64,000 nt of DNA. Source: Fonticula alba ATCC 38817. Taxonomy: Eukaryota > Protista > Nucleariida. The DNA lies in NCBI GenBank assembly GCA_000388065.2, contig KB932202.1, one strand, 5' to 3'. The translations under genes and the position numbers were made by a program. Under the pieces are notes generated by a model. That model worked only from the letters and a program-made list of their open reading frames with translations, was not told where the DNA came from and made no database searches. Shown here one piece after another: positions 25,520 to 38,000 of this stretch. The stretch's first letter is position 1, and every line of letters starts with the position of its first letter.

Positions 25520-27219
25520 TTAACCGGAGATGTACTGGCTGTAGTTCTCGGGCAGGGGGTCGATGGTGGTGTCGTACAGCTTGCGGATCTGGTCGATGAG
25601 GACGAGCTCATCGTCGGAGCAGATGTTGATGGAGATACCCTTACGACCGAAACGACCACCACGACCGATGCGATGGATGTAGTTCTCGAAGTTGCGAGGG
25701 ATGTCGAAGTTGATGACCAGGGACACCTGCTGGACGTCGATACCACGGGCCAGCAGATCGGTGGTGACCAGGACACGAGAGTCACCGTTGCGGAAGTTCA
25801 GCATGACGCTCTCGCGGTTCTCCTGCGACAGCTCACCGTGCAGAGAGGCAACCGGGAAGTTGTTGCCCTCCAGGAAGGAGGTCAGGTGGTCGACGGTGCG
25901 GCGGGAGTTGCAGAAAATGACGGACTGAGTGATGATCAGGGTCTCGTAGAGATCGCGCAGGATCTCCAGCTTCTGGGCGTGGGTGTTGGCGCCGATGTAG
26001 AACTGGCGAATACCCTCGAGGGTGAGCTCCTCAGCGCGGACCAGGATCCGGGTGGGGTCCTCCATGAAGGAGTCGGTCAGCTCGAGGACCTCCTGCGGCA
26101 TGGTGGCCGACAGGAGAACCACCTGCGAGTCCTTGGGGAAGAGCTGGAAGATCTCGCGGATCTGGTTCTGGAAGCCGCGGGAAAGCATCTCATCAGCCTC
26201 ATCCAGGACGAAGATGGCCAGGCGGGAGAGATCCAGGATGCCACGGTGAGCCATGTCGCACACACGGCCCGGGGTACCGACAACGATCTGCACACCGCTG
26301 CGGAAGGCCTCGATGTCCGAGCGCAGGGGGTACCACCGATGCAGGCGTAGATGGAAGCGCGCAGGTGGGTGTTGACGCTGTTCATGAAGTTGAAGATCTG
26401 GGTGGCCAGCTCACGGGTGGGAGCCAGGATGAGGGCCTGGCAGTGGCGCTGGCTCAGGTCGATGCGCTGCAGGACCGAGATGGTGAAGGTGGCGGTCTTA
26501 CCGGTACCGGACTGGGCCTGGGCAATGACATCGGAGCCGCGGATGATCGGGACGATGGCGCGCTGCTGAATGGCGGAGGGGTTCTCAAAACTGCGGACAT
26601 CGCGCCACCGGGAGGGGAGGGGGGAGAGGGGGAGAGATGTCAGGCACGGCGGGAGGGGGAGGGGGGTGGAAGGGCGGAAAGCCCGGGGCCGGGAGCCGCC
26701 GAACGACGTACCCGACACCGTAGACACCGCGGAGGAGGGCGTCATGGAGGCCCATCTGGTCGAAGGAGGTGTAGATGTCGAGCTCCTTCGACGCCTGGAT
26801 ACGCGGGAACGGGGAGGAAATGGCGGTCAGCACACTGAGACGGGGGGGGCGAGAGAGAGAGAGAGGGAGAGAGAGGCAGATGCATAGGTCGGGCCGTGGT
26901 GGCCGCGCGTGTGTGCTGTTGTCGGGGGTCAACAGGAAGGGGGGAGCGAGAGACCCGGGCGCACCTCGATGTTGATGTCGTTGTTAACCCTGTGTTGTGA
27001 AGAAGGGCCAGCACATGCCGGGGGAGGGAGGAGGCCGAGAACAAGGGGGAGGGGTTAGAGGAAGGAGGGAGGCGACACGCGTGGCCGTGCACAGGCGGGT
27101 GGGGGGGGAGAGGCCGGCAAGAGGGAGAGAAAGCGCGCGCAAGAGAGAGAGAGAGAGGGAGAGAGAGAGAGGGGAGCAGGCGATCAAAAGGGGGGGAGGA
27201 GGAGGGAGGAGACGAACAT
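25520..27219 (-). CDS. eIF4A: Eukaryotic initiation factor 4A (DEAD-box helicase), 4 exons, with an apparent 1-nt frameshift at 26326-26330
   Basis: Spliced [49 protein letters not shown]...AQSGTGKT...LAPTRELA...VGTPGRV...VLDEADEML...SAT...[13 protein letters not shown]. All DEAD-box motifs are present. Stop at 25520-25522. Codon use (GGT, CGT) differs from neighbouring genes and suggests high expression. Confidence 0.95.
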
Positions 27220-27530
27220 GGTGATGTTGGGGGTCTCTATATTGTGATCCAAACACAGGAATCTGTGTGACACACACACACACACAACACGCGGCGAGGG
27301 CCGGAGGGAGGAGGCAGAGAGAGAGGGAGCGCGAGGGCAAGCGAGAGGGTGCGGCAGGGCAGCGCGGGGCCGGAGAGGACGGAGGGAAACGGGGTCAGCA
27401 AGATGTGTGTATGTGTGCGAGTGCGAGTGCGCGCGCAAGAGAGGGGGAAGGGGGAGCGCGGCCGGAGGGAGAGGGGTGGGACGCCGAGTAGGCAGGGAGA
27501 AAAGGGAGGGTAGCGGGGGATCATCACGCG

Positions 27531-27593
27531 GGGAAGAGGGAAGAGGGAAGAGGGAAGAGGGAAGAGGGAAGAGGGAAGAGGGAAGAGGGAAGA
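27531..27593. repeat. (GGGAAGA)9 heptamer tandem repeat upstream of eIF4A
   Basis: Nine perfect 7-nt units about 310 nt upstream of the eIF4A start. Confidence 0.9.
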
Positions 27594-30285
27594 GGGCGAG
27601 GCCGGCTTGGCGGGCACGGGCACGGTAATGGGGCGGAAGGCGGTTATGGGGGGGGGGCGAGGAGCAGGGCAAAGGAAGCAAGGGAAGGGAGCAGGGCTCG
27701 GGGGGCATAAGGGGGCGGGGCGGGGCGGNNNNNNNNNNNNNNNNNNNNNNNNNNNNNNNNNNNNNNNNNNNNNNNNNNNNNNNNNNNNNNNNNNNNNNNN
27801 NNNNNNNNNNNNNNNNNNNNNNNNNNNNNNNNNNNNNNNNNNNNNNNNNNNNNNNNNNNNNNNNNNNNNNNNNNNNNNNNNNNNNNNNNNNNNNNNNNNN
27901 NNNNNNNNNNNNNNNNNNNNNNNNNNNNNNNNNNNNNNNNNNNNNNNNNNNNNNNNNNNNNNNNNNNNNNNNNNNNNNNNNNNNNNNNNNNNNNNNNNNN
28001 NNNNNNNNNNNNNNNNNNNNNNNNNNNNNNNNNNNNNNNNNNNNNNNNNNNNNNNNNNNNNNNNNNNNNNNNNNNNNNNNNNNNNNNNNNNNNNNNNNNN
28101 NNNNNNNNNNNNNNNNNNNNNNNNNNNNNNNNNNNNNNNNNNNNNNNNNNNNNNNNNNNNNNNNNNNNNNNNNNNNNNNNNNNNNNNNNNNNNNNNNNNN
28201 NNNNNNNNNNNNNNNNNNNNNNNNNNNNNNNNNNNNNNNNNNNNNNNNNNNNNNNNNNNNNNNNNNNNNNNNNNNNNNNNNNNNNNNNNNNNNNNNNNNN
28301 NNNNNNNNNNNNNNNNNNNNNNNNNNNNNNNNNNNNNNNNNNNNNNNNNNNNNNTGCACGCCAGGGCTGCCGCGCGTCCACCCCGCCGCGGCTGTGGGTG
28401 CCGCGCTCACAAGGCGCGCCAGGCCCTCTCGAATTTTCTTCGCCACGAAGCCCGCGCACGCCCCCGTGCTATGGTGGACCGGCTCCCGAGGGTCCCCTGC
28501 CACCTAGCCGGGTCTCGTGCCAGTCGGCCGGGCGTCGCACAGGGCAGAGCCTCGCGCAGCCCCGCCAGGCGCCCCCTCCCGGGCCGCCCGGCCAGCCAGG
28601 CTGGCGTCTTGCGCGCGATACAGCCCCCCCCCCCCCCCCGCCCCGCCCCTGTCTAGACGGCCGGTATCCCCGGGCGCCCGGCCGCGAGGGGGGAGGGCAC
28701 GGCCACGCGTGGCCACCTCGCGCAGGGCGCGGGCGCGCACCCGAACAAGCGCGCGCACACCCGCACCCACATGCACGGCTCCAGGAATGTCACTGTCCGC
28801 ATGTGTCCGCTGCCGGGCTCCCCCGTCGCCGGGGCGATGACATCTGTAAGGGCGGTCTCGCGTGCACATGCACGCCGGGGGTGCACAGAGGGCTCCGGCG
28901 GAAATGGGCCCCCGCCCCTCCCTAGCTGGGTGCCCCGCACATGGGGGCGTGGCAAGAAAAAAAAAAAGACAAGGCGGCGCGGCGGGCCACAAACAAACAC
29001 CCCGCCCGGCGCGGGGGACCGGCGAGAAAACAGCACTGGCGCGCGGCGGGGGCCCGAGACACCGACGGCAGGGGCAGGAGGGGGGGGGGGGGGGTTTTAC
29101 AGCCGCCGCCGCATGGTAGTTAGGTTTAACTTTCCGGCCTAGGTTCCGTCGAGCCACCCCCCTGTCGGGGCCTGCTTGCCCCAGTCTAGTCTCCCAAGCC
29201 GAGGGGGTCCGCAGGCACCCCCCTCCCCTTTGGGGGGGGGGATATCCCCACCTGGCCGAGCGGCAGCGGATGCGCCACCAAACGCGAATATATGCGACCG
29301 GCATTATAAAGTGGCCATTTGTGCCGAGCCCCACTGGTGAGGGGGATATATACAACGGCGCGCCTGGCGAGACTGCCGCGCGCGCCCGCCCTCCTCTCGA
29401 ACCCCCCCCCCGCCCCCTTATACCTCGCTTAAGTTCGGGAAGCCAGCCGGCCGAGGGGGGTGCCGCGCTCCCGGGGCTTCGGACGGCTTGACATGAGAGC
29501 ACGCACGCCCATCACGCGACATCGGGGAATAACATTGCGGCCACACTTTCGGCCTCACACCACCACGCCCCCGTGCACGCGCCCGGAATCCGTCGGCAGC
29601 CGGAATTCTTCACTCCCAGATTGCCGACGCCCCATACCCAGAGCCACGCTTGTTCCTGGAGAAGGAGATTTCGCGGCGGGGCCCACGCGCGGCGGCGCCA
29701 GCGCGGGGGCGTCCCTCGCCCGGCCCTCGGTGGCACCTGCGTGGCTCCGCCGCCTGCACAGTCCCCCCCCCCGGGCCGCGGGCGCGGCAGGGCGAGAGAG
29801 TGTCCTCCCCCGGCCCCGTGGCCCCTCTGTCCCCCCCCCCCAGAGCGGGCCGATTGTGGGGCTGGACAAGCCGCGGTGGCGCAGCCCCGGCGAGGCCCGC
29901 CCGCAGGCCCGCCCCAAGGGCGCCCGGACCCTGGGNNNNNNNNNNNNNNNNNNNNNNNNNNNNNNNNNNNNNNNNNNNNNNNNNNNNNNNNNNNNNNNNN
30001 NNNNNNNNNNNNNNNNNNNNNNNNNNNNNNNNNNNNNNNNNNNNNNNNNNNNNNNNNNNNNNNNNNNNNNNNNNNNNNNNNNNNNNNNNNNNNNNNNNNN
30101 NNNNNNNNNNNNNNNNNNNNNNNNNNNNNNNNNNNNNNNNNNNNNNNNNNNNNNNNNNNNNNNNNNNNNNNNNNNNNNNNNNNNNNNNNNNNNNNNNNNN
30201 NNNNNNNNNNNNNNNNNNNNCCCCCCCTCCGGCGGGCCATCTCCCCTCCCCCTCCTCCTCCTCTCGGGTTCCTCTTGTCGGCACC

Positions 30286-31977
30286 ATGTCGAAGAACATC
30301 CGCCCGAAGGACCTGAACCACGACAATGCCGACGGTAGCGGCCGTCGGTTCCGGGTACGCCTGGCGCCTCCCTTGTGCCCTTTCCCCCCTCGGTGAATGC
30401 CTCCTTGCTTCCCCCCGCCGTATTGCTGACCCTCCTTTTCTCTCTTCCCTCCCCCCCTTCAGTACACGACCTTTGCCGAGCGCGTCACCGGCGTCGACCT
30501 GGCCACCATCCAGCGCTCCCAGCTTCGTGTGGACAAGGATCTCATCAAGGTGCCTCCCTTCCTCGGACACCGCTCTCTGTGGGCTACCCCCCCCCCCCCC
30601 CCCCCTCCTCGATGCTGACGGTTTCCTCTCCCTCGCGCCCGCTCCCCACCCGGACAGGATAACGACTCGCTCCTGTGCCACAAGCTCACCGAGTGGCGGG
30701 AGCTCGACTGCTCGACTGCCTTCTCCAACTTCTCGCGCGAGCTGATGCCCCTGTGCGGGTCGCTGCCGCTGGTGCTCTTCAACCGGGAGCGCATCGTCGA
30801 GTGCTTCGAGAAGCACCTGGCCGTGCCGGACTCGCTGGCCATTCGGCCGGTGTCCACCCTGGTGACCTACTTCGCCTTCGATCTGCAGGACGAGTTCCTG
30901 CCGCTCTTCCCGCGCATCTTCACCGCCCTGGTGGCCCTGCTGGAGATCACCGAATCCGAGGTGGTCGAGGTGCGCCGGCTGCCTTGCCGCCATCATGGTG
31001 GCCGATCTACTGTTTGATCCCCCCCCCCNNNNNNNNNNNNNNNNNNNNNNNNNNNNNNNNNNNNNNNNNNNNNNNNNNNNNNNNNNNCCCCCCCCCCCCC
31101 CCCCCCGCCCCCTCATCCAGCACTCACCTCCGCCGTCGTCCGTGCAGCGTCTTTTCCCCCCTCCTCGGGTCCGGCAACAAGCAGTATGTGCGCCGCTTCG
31201 CGGCCGAGTCGTTCGCCTTCCTGTTCCGCCGGCTGCCGGCCGACAAGGCGGCCCTCGTGCTGGACCTCCTGCTGGCCGAGATGCCGGCCAACAAGGCGGC
31301 CAATCGCCGCCAGACCCCCCTGGCCACCGGCCAGTCTGCGGCCACCCTCGGCAGCCTCACCTCCATGGAGGCCCTGGCCGCCTTGAGCCCGCAAGCTTCG
31401 GACTTTGACGAGAGCCTCTGCTTCCTCTTCTTCGACGTGATCAAGGTGCGCCGTTCGCGCACGCGGGCCCTCTCTCCCCGCCTGGCGCCTCAACCTGTCA
31501 CTGACCTGCCATCGCCACTGTGTCATTGTGTCGCGCCCACCGCGCCCACCACTACCACCGCACCGCCACCAATAACAGGGTGTCCCCGGCCGCCTGCACT
31601 CCCGCGGCACGGATACCCTTGTCATGCTGCTCGACCGACTGGACCAACTCTGGACCGAGGACCTGGCGCGTGCCGAGCGCTTCAAGGCCGTGCTCATCGG
31701 GCTGAATGTCCTCCTGTGCGGGCACTCCGAGCGCGAGCACTCGCAGGTGGCCATCCAGGTGTATCTGGACCGCCTGGCCGACCTGGGCAGCCTTGGCGAG
31801 ACCTCCCTGGCGGCCGGCACCCGGTACGCCGTCTGCATGCGCCTCCTGTCGGTCTGGCTCTCCGGCCGTGGCGGCCAGCGTGTCGATGGTGCGCACACAT
31901 GCCCCCGCTGCTGTTCCTCCTCCTCCTCCTCGCTCCACTCCACCGTTTGCCATCCTCCCCTCGTGGACACCTTCGCA

Positions 31978-32010
<33 letters not shown>

Positions 32011-35000
32011 CGTCGGTGCCCTCCCCGCCCCGCCGCCGCCGCCGCCGCCGCAGACTGGGCGGCCATTTGCTCCGGGGTCCTGGCGCCATCGCGCGCGGTG
32101 CTCCTTGCCTGGTCGGCTCCCGACGCCTCGGCCACCCTCCTGGATGGGCCGGCCTCCCCGGGGCAGGTGTTCGTCGCCTTTGCCGGGGTCCTGGCGGCGG
32201 TGCTGCGCTTTGCCGGGGATCTCCCCCGCGCGGCCATCTCCCCGCTAGCCAGCCTGCTCTTCACCCTGGTACGCGGCTGCCCGTCCCATGATGTCCCCCC
32301 CCCCCCCCCGCCCCTCCTTGCTCGCGGACGCATAGCACTCACCAAGTTGCCGCCACATGCCCCGGTACAGCCTCTCGGCATTTCGCTGGCCGTCTGCCGG
32401 TCGGTCCTGGAGGCGGACCACTTCTTCCAGCATGCCCTCGGCCCGTGCATGCAGGCCACGGCCGCGGCCCTGTTCGGCCCGGCCCCGGAGGCCGCCATGC
32501 AGGCGACCGCCTTCCTGGCCGAGGTGCTGCCGCTGCTGCTGGAGGATCCTCGGGCGGAGGGGATTCTGACGCGCACGCCGGCCGGCCTGGTCCGGCTGCC
32601 GCCGGTCCCGGGGCGCGTGCGCGCCGGCGAGGACCACTTCCCGGAGCACTGGCGTGAGACGTGCAGCCCGGCCAGCTGGCCCGGGCTCGACCGGGCCGAG
32701 CTGCCCGGCGCCTGTGCCACGGTCGTCGCCATCAGCACGCTCCTTCGTCGGCTGGACCTCGGGCCGGGTGCCACCGGGGCCGGGGTGCTGGACGCCCTGC
32801 TGGGGGCCGTGATCGGGCATCTGCCGCGCGCGGCCGGCGCCCCGGGGCTGCCCTATTCCGGCGTCGTGAGCCTGGGCCTGTTGGACCCGGTGGACGCGTG
32901 TCTCCTGCACACGGCGGCACATCTGATGGAAACCCTGGGCCACCTTCAGGCCGGCCTGGGGAAGGAGGCTGCCCTGCATGATCGCCAGTGGTTTGGCCAG
33001 CTGTTCCAGCTGGCCCCGGTGTGCTACACCTCCGGGCCGCTGTTGGCCGGGCTGGTGGCCGTGCTGCAGCCGCTGGCGGTGTCCGATGACGAGTCGGAGG
33101 CCGGGGGTGCCCTGCCTGCGGGGGTCCTGGCCACCTTGCCGGGGCTGGTGGAGCCGCCGGCCCCCGGGGCCCCGGTCGAGGCCCCGGAGCTGACGCCCCT
33201 CGGCACGGTCATCCTGCAGATGGGCGCCTCCTTCGACACGTTGACCCGGGTGTCGGCGCTGCGGCTGCTGCGGCTGCTGGCGCCGGGGCTGCTGGGCCCG
33301 GCTGCCGGGCCGGATGCCGCCACCACCGTGGCCACTCTCCTGGCCCGGCTGCTGGCCGTGGAGGCCATTCCCCTGGACTTGAGCACGCACCGTGAGCGCC
33401 TGCTGGAGCAGGATGCCCTGGGGCGCTATTGCGCCGGGGCCCGGCTGCCGGCCCCCTTTGACCGGCTGCCGACGCTCTTCCTCCTCTCGCAGATGGCCGT
33501 CAATTTGCGGCTCATCTGGCCCAACACGCGCGAGCACCTGGCCCGCGAGGCGGCCACCCGGCCGGGGCCCTTTGCGATGGTGGTGGCCGCGGCCCTGGAG
33601 CAGGCCCGCGCGTCGGCCATCGAGGCCGCGTCGCTGTCCGGCGCATCGGCCGGCTTCACCGGGGCCTTCCTCCCGGTGCTGGGTCTGGCCGAGGAGCCGT
33701 GCCTGGCGGCCCCGGCCCCGGGGCAGGTGGTGCGAGCCCCGCGCCGCGACCACCGGACCACCATCAACCCGCGCTTCGAGATCGTGGACACCTTCACCGA
33801 TGGGCATGTCCGTGCGCTGGCGGCCAGCGTGCGCTTGCTGCTGGCCCCGCCGGTGGCCCTGGCCTTGCACCTGAATGGTCGGATGGTGGCCACGGTGACC
33901 GGCTCGCGGCTGGACTTCGCCGCCTTCGAGGTCCGGCTGTGGGACATGTTGCAGGAGGCCACCTCGGCGGCCGAGCGCATTGGCCGGTCCCTGGTGCCGC
34001 TGATGCTGGCCACCATGGACAAGTACCTGGAGGTGTCGTCCCTGCTGCAGGACGCGTCCCCGGCTGCGGCCGCGGGCGCCACCGCCGCCTCCACCGACAA
34101 GGATGCCGAGGAGGATGCCGAGGAGGATGCCGACGAGGAGGAGGAGGACCTGTCCGCCACCATGGAGGTCGATTCCTCGGCGCCGGCGGCCTCCCCGGAG
34201 GAGGCCGACTTTGTCGATGCCCCGGAGATGGCCCCCATCGAGGGCGCGCCGGTGGACGCGGGCACGGGCCCGGCGCACCTGCGGGCCCCGCACCGGCGTC
34301 ACATGGGCCCGCTGTTGGAGGCGCATTTGGCCTTCCTGGCGCGCTTCCGCGCCGTGCGATCGGTCTTCCAGGGTGAGGCCCTGCGCGAGCGGGTGCTGCT
34401 GCTCCTGTGCCAGGGCGATGCCCGGGTGCAGCAGGCGGCCCTGGAGGCCCTGCTGCGCTGGCGCCCGCTGAACCTCGACCGGTATGCCGATGCCATCGGG
34501 TCGCTGATCCATGAGAAGCGCTTCCGCGGGGAGCTCAGCCAATTGATGGCCTGCCTGTGTGATGAGCACTTTGTCCGGCACAAGCGCGTGAAGACCGACA
34601 ACCGGGTCGAGAAGTACGGGTCCTTCGGGACCACGGGCCTCGAGCCGGCCGACCGTCGGGTGGTCATGGAGGTGGTGCTGCGGGTGCTCTTCGGCAAGCT
34701 CTTCGCTCGGGATGGCCGGGCCAAGAAGGCGCTGGCCGGGCGGCGCGTGGCCATCCTGGCCCTGCTGGCCCAGGGGTGCACCCCGGAGGAGCATGCCCTC
34801 TTTGTGGGGCTCATGGTGCGGCCCTTCCTGCGTGGATCGGCCGACGACCCGGCCCGGGCCCTCTTCACCGGGCCGGAGCACTGGCCCACGCCGGAGCAGC
34901 TGACCTTCCCGCCGTCGGCCGATGCGAAGTCCGTGCCACGACGCTCTTCCGATCTCATGCCCTCTTTGTGGGGCTCATGGTGCGGCCCTTCCTGCGTGGA

Positions 35001-38000
35001 TCGGCCGACGACCCGGCCCGGGCCCTCTTCACCGGGCCGGAGCACTGGCCCACGCCGGAGCAGCTGACCTTCCCGCCGTCGGCCGATGCGAAGTCCGTGC
35101 CGCTGGTGGCCACCGCCCCGCGGGCCCTGCAAACCGGCTTCCTGTCCACGGCCGGGTCGTTGCTGGAGCAGCTGGCCGGCCGGGCCCAGGGCTTCATGCC
35201 GCTCTTCATGGCCCTCTTCCTGGCCATCGGCCAGGGGAAGCTGCACCACCCGGCGGCCGGGCACGCGGTGCCGGATCTGCCGCTGGAGCAGCTGGTCCTC
35301 CGCCGGCTGGCCGCCGTGACCACGCAAATCCCGGGCTTCGACTATTCGCCCTATGTGGCCACCATCCATGCCGGGCTGGTGACCCCGCGATTGGAGCTCT
35401 TCACCCAGGGCCGCGGCTTGCAGCATCGGGTGGGTCTGCTGGAGCTGCTCCGGGCATGGTCGTCGCAGGCTTCCTGCGCGGCCTTCCTCGGCCCGGATTA
35501 CAGCCCGACCTTGCTGCCGACCTTGGTGGGGCTGCTGTCGCACCCGCAGGCCTCGGTCGAGGTGCTGCAGGCCATCATCGACATCGTGGCCAACCTGGTG
35601 GCCGTGGTGGATGGCCAGGCCAGATCGGAAGAGCGTCGTGGTCGCAGGCTTCCTGCGCGGCCTTCCTCGGCCCGGATTACAGCCCGACCTTGCTGCCGAC
35701 CTTGGTGGGGCTGCTGTCGCACCCGCAGGCCTCGGTCGAGGTGCTGCAGGCCATCATCGACATCGTGGCCAACCTGGTGGCCGTGGTGGATGGCCAGGCC
35801 CCGGCCGACTTGTCCGATGGCAAGGCAACCATGCAGCGGGAGCTGCGCGCGGCCCAGGCCGCCATGCTCCAGCCTGCCGGGGCCGATGCCGGCACCGTGG
35901 CGACCGAGTCGGGCCCGGTGGCGGCGGCCCGGCGTGCTTTGCTGGCCGTGGTGCCGGACTTCCTGCACCATGTGCACCTCCTGCTGCAGCGGACGCTGGC
36001 TCGCGACCCGGGGGCCCGGCAGCGCGTGCGTGCCGAGCGCATTTCGGCCTTCGCCCACGCGCGTGCGGGCATGGCGGCCGCTTCGACCCTGGCCGATGGC
36101 GGCCTGTCGGATGACCATCTTGGGCGGATTTTGTCGATCCTGGCCCGGCTGAGCCGCGGCCTCGGGGTGGCGACCGCCGGCGCGGCGCCCGGCTCGGCAT
36201 CCGGCATCACCGATTCCACGGAGCTCGTGGCCCTGATGTCGGTGCTGGCCGTGCGGCCCAGCGCGCGGCTCTCCGAGTCGGCCATGGAGTCGGTGCTGGA
36301 GGTGGTGTCCAATCTCCTGCCGGGGGTGCACCTGGCGCGCCTGGGCGACCGGCTGGCGGAGATGCGCGGCGCGGTGGCCGCCCCGGCCGAGTGCCCCAGC
36401 CGCCGGGTGGAGAACTACTCGGCGCGGGCCCGCGCGGCGCTGGGGGCCCCGGCCATCGACGCTTCGGTGCCGGTGACCGCCGGCCGGCCGGCCGCCGAAA
36501 TGGGCCACCCCCTGTCGGACCTGCTGGCGCCGCTGTTTGCCTCGCTGCGGACGCTGCCCACGCGGGCGGCCCTCTGTCGGGTGTTCGTGACCATGGCCGA
36601 TGCGGTGCCCAGCATGGGCCCGCTGGCGGCGGCCCTGGTGGATTTGCACACGGCCGACGCCCAGTTCCTGGATGTGGTGGACTGGGAGCGCCGGGCTTCC
36701 GGCTTCCGGGCCCTGCGTGAGCAGGTCATGCCGACGGCCCCGGCCGCGGTTTTGGCCCCGGCCCTGCATGCGTTGTCCTTCTTCCTGCGCGATGTGGATG
36801 ACTATTCCCTCCGGTCGAATGCCAGTCTCTGCTGGAGTGCCCTCCTGCAGCGGATCCAGGCCGGGGCTCATGTGGGATGTGCGACGCACAGCCCGGCCGA
36901 GCAGCACCACCTGGAGCTGCTGCTGCTGACGGTCTTCATGGCCGGCATCCGCCGGGCCATTCGCTTCTCCAAGGAGGCCGTGCAGCAGGAGTTCCTGCAG
37001 CTGCTGGGTCAGGCGGTCAACCTGCTTGGCCGGCATATGCCGTACTTCTTCTCGCTCTTCCACCTGCAGTTCAGCGCGGCCACCGTGCGCAAGCGCCGTC
37101 GCCAGCAGGAGGAGGATGAGGCGGAGGCGGAGGCCGAGACCGAGGCGGAGGCCGAAGCCCCCACCGCGGCCGAGGGCTCTGACGGCGCTCTCCTGGGCGG
37201 ATCCGTGCCGCTGTTGCTCGGGTCCGAGGAGGCGCTGGCTGCTTCGGCGGGTGGCGACGCCCTGGAGGGCAGCTTCTTCGAGAATGTCTTCCACCTGCAG
37301 GCGTCTCGGCGGACGCAGGCCCTGCGCCAGCTGCGCCAGTCCCTGCGCGAGAATGACACCCCCGCGGAGGCCCTCATCGGGGCCACTCCGCCGGAGGAGG
37401 GGGCCCTGCTGCGGGTCCGTGTGGACCTGGGCTTCCTCAATGAGTTGATGGCTCCGCTGGCCGTGCGCCTGGCATTGGAAAGCATGGACGCCAGCCTGCA
37501 GGATGAGGCCATCGCCCTGTTGGGCGCCATTGCCGGGCACCTGCCGCTGGACAAGTTTGTCTTCCTCTTCTGCGACATTTCCGGGCGCTTCGATCGCCCG
37601 GCGGCCAAGACCCGCCTGCTGATCCGCATGCTGGTGACCGTGGTGGATGCCTTCCACTTCACGGTGGGCGAGCTGGACCCCGCGGTCCTGGCGGCCGAGG
37701 GGGCCATCGTCGATGGCGAGCCCGGCGACGGGGATGAAGGTGGCCCCGAGTCCGAGGACGAGGGCGACGACGGGCCGGAGGGCGGCGACCCGGGTCCGCA
37801 GGGCCCGACCGACAAGGCGCCCGGTGCCGAGCTCGACTCGGACAACGACGAGTCGGATGACGAGCCGGAGAGCGCCGGGTCCAAGGGGCCCGCGACCGCC
37901 GGCGATGCCGGGGCCAAGGGGCCCAAGTCGCGGAAGGCCTCGCCGGCCGAGGCGATCCTCCGTCCGGCGGCGGTCCTGTCGCGCGAGGCCCTCCTCCGCC

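Noticed and set aside
26280-26750. eIF4A as a pseudogene
   Set aside because: All helicase motifs, splice sites and biased codon use are intact. A single missing C in a homopolymer explains the break more simply.
26591-27217. Possible intronic snoRNAs in eIF4A introns (vertebrate EIF4A genes host snoRNAs)
   Set aside because: No box C (RTGATGA) with box D (CTGA) pairing or H/ACA layout was visible. The introns are short and pyrimidine-rich.
27729-28354. ORFs running through N stretches (here and at 13256, 17284, 29936, 31029, 48046, 49574, 60723)
   Set aside because: These are assembly gaps, most beside poly-C/G runs. The ORFs stay open only because Ns hide stop codons.
34937-35640. Apparent non-autonomous transposon with perfect 19-nt terminal inverted repeats
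   Set aside because: The inverted repeat is the Illumina adapter end, the interior is ordinary UTP20 sequence, and the flanking duplications are 146/160 nt rather than a target-site duplication.
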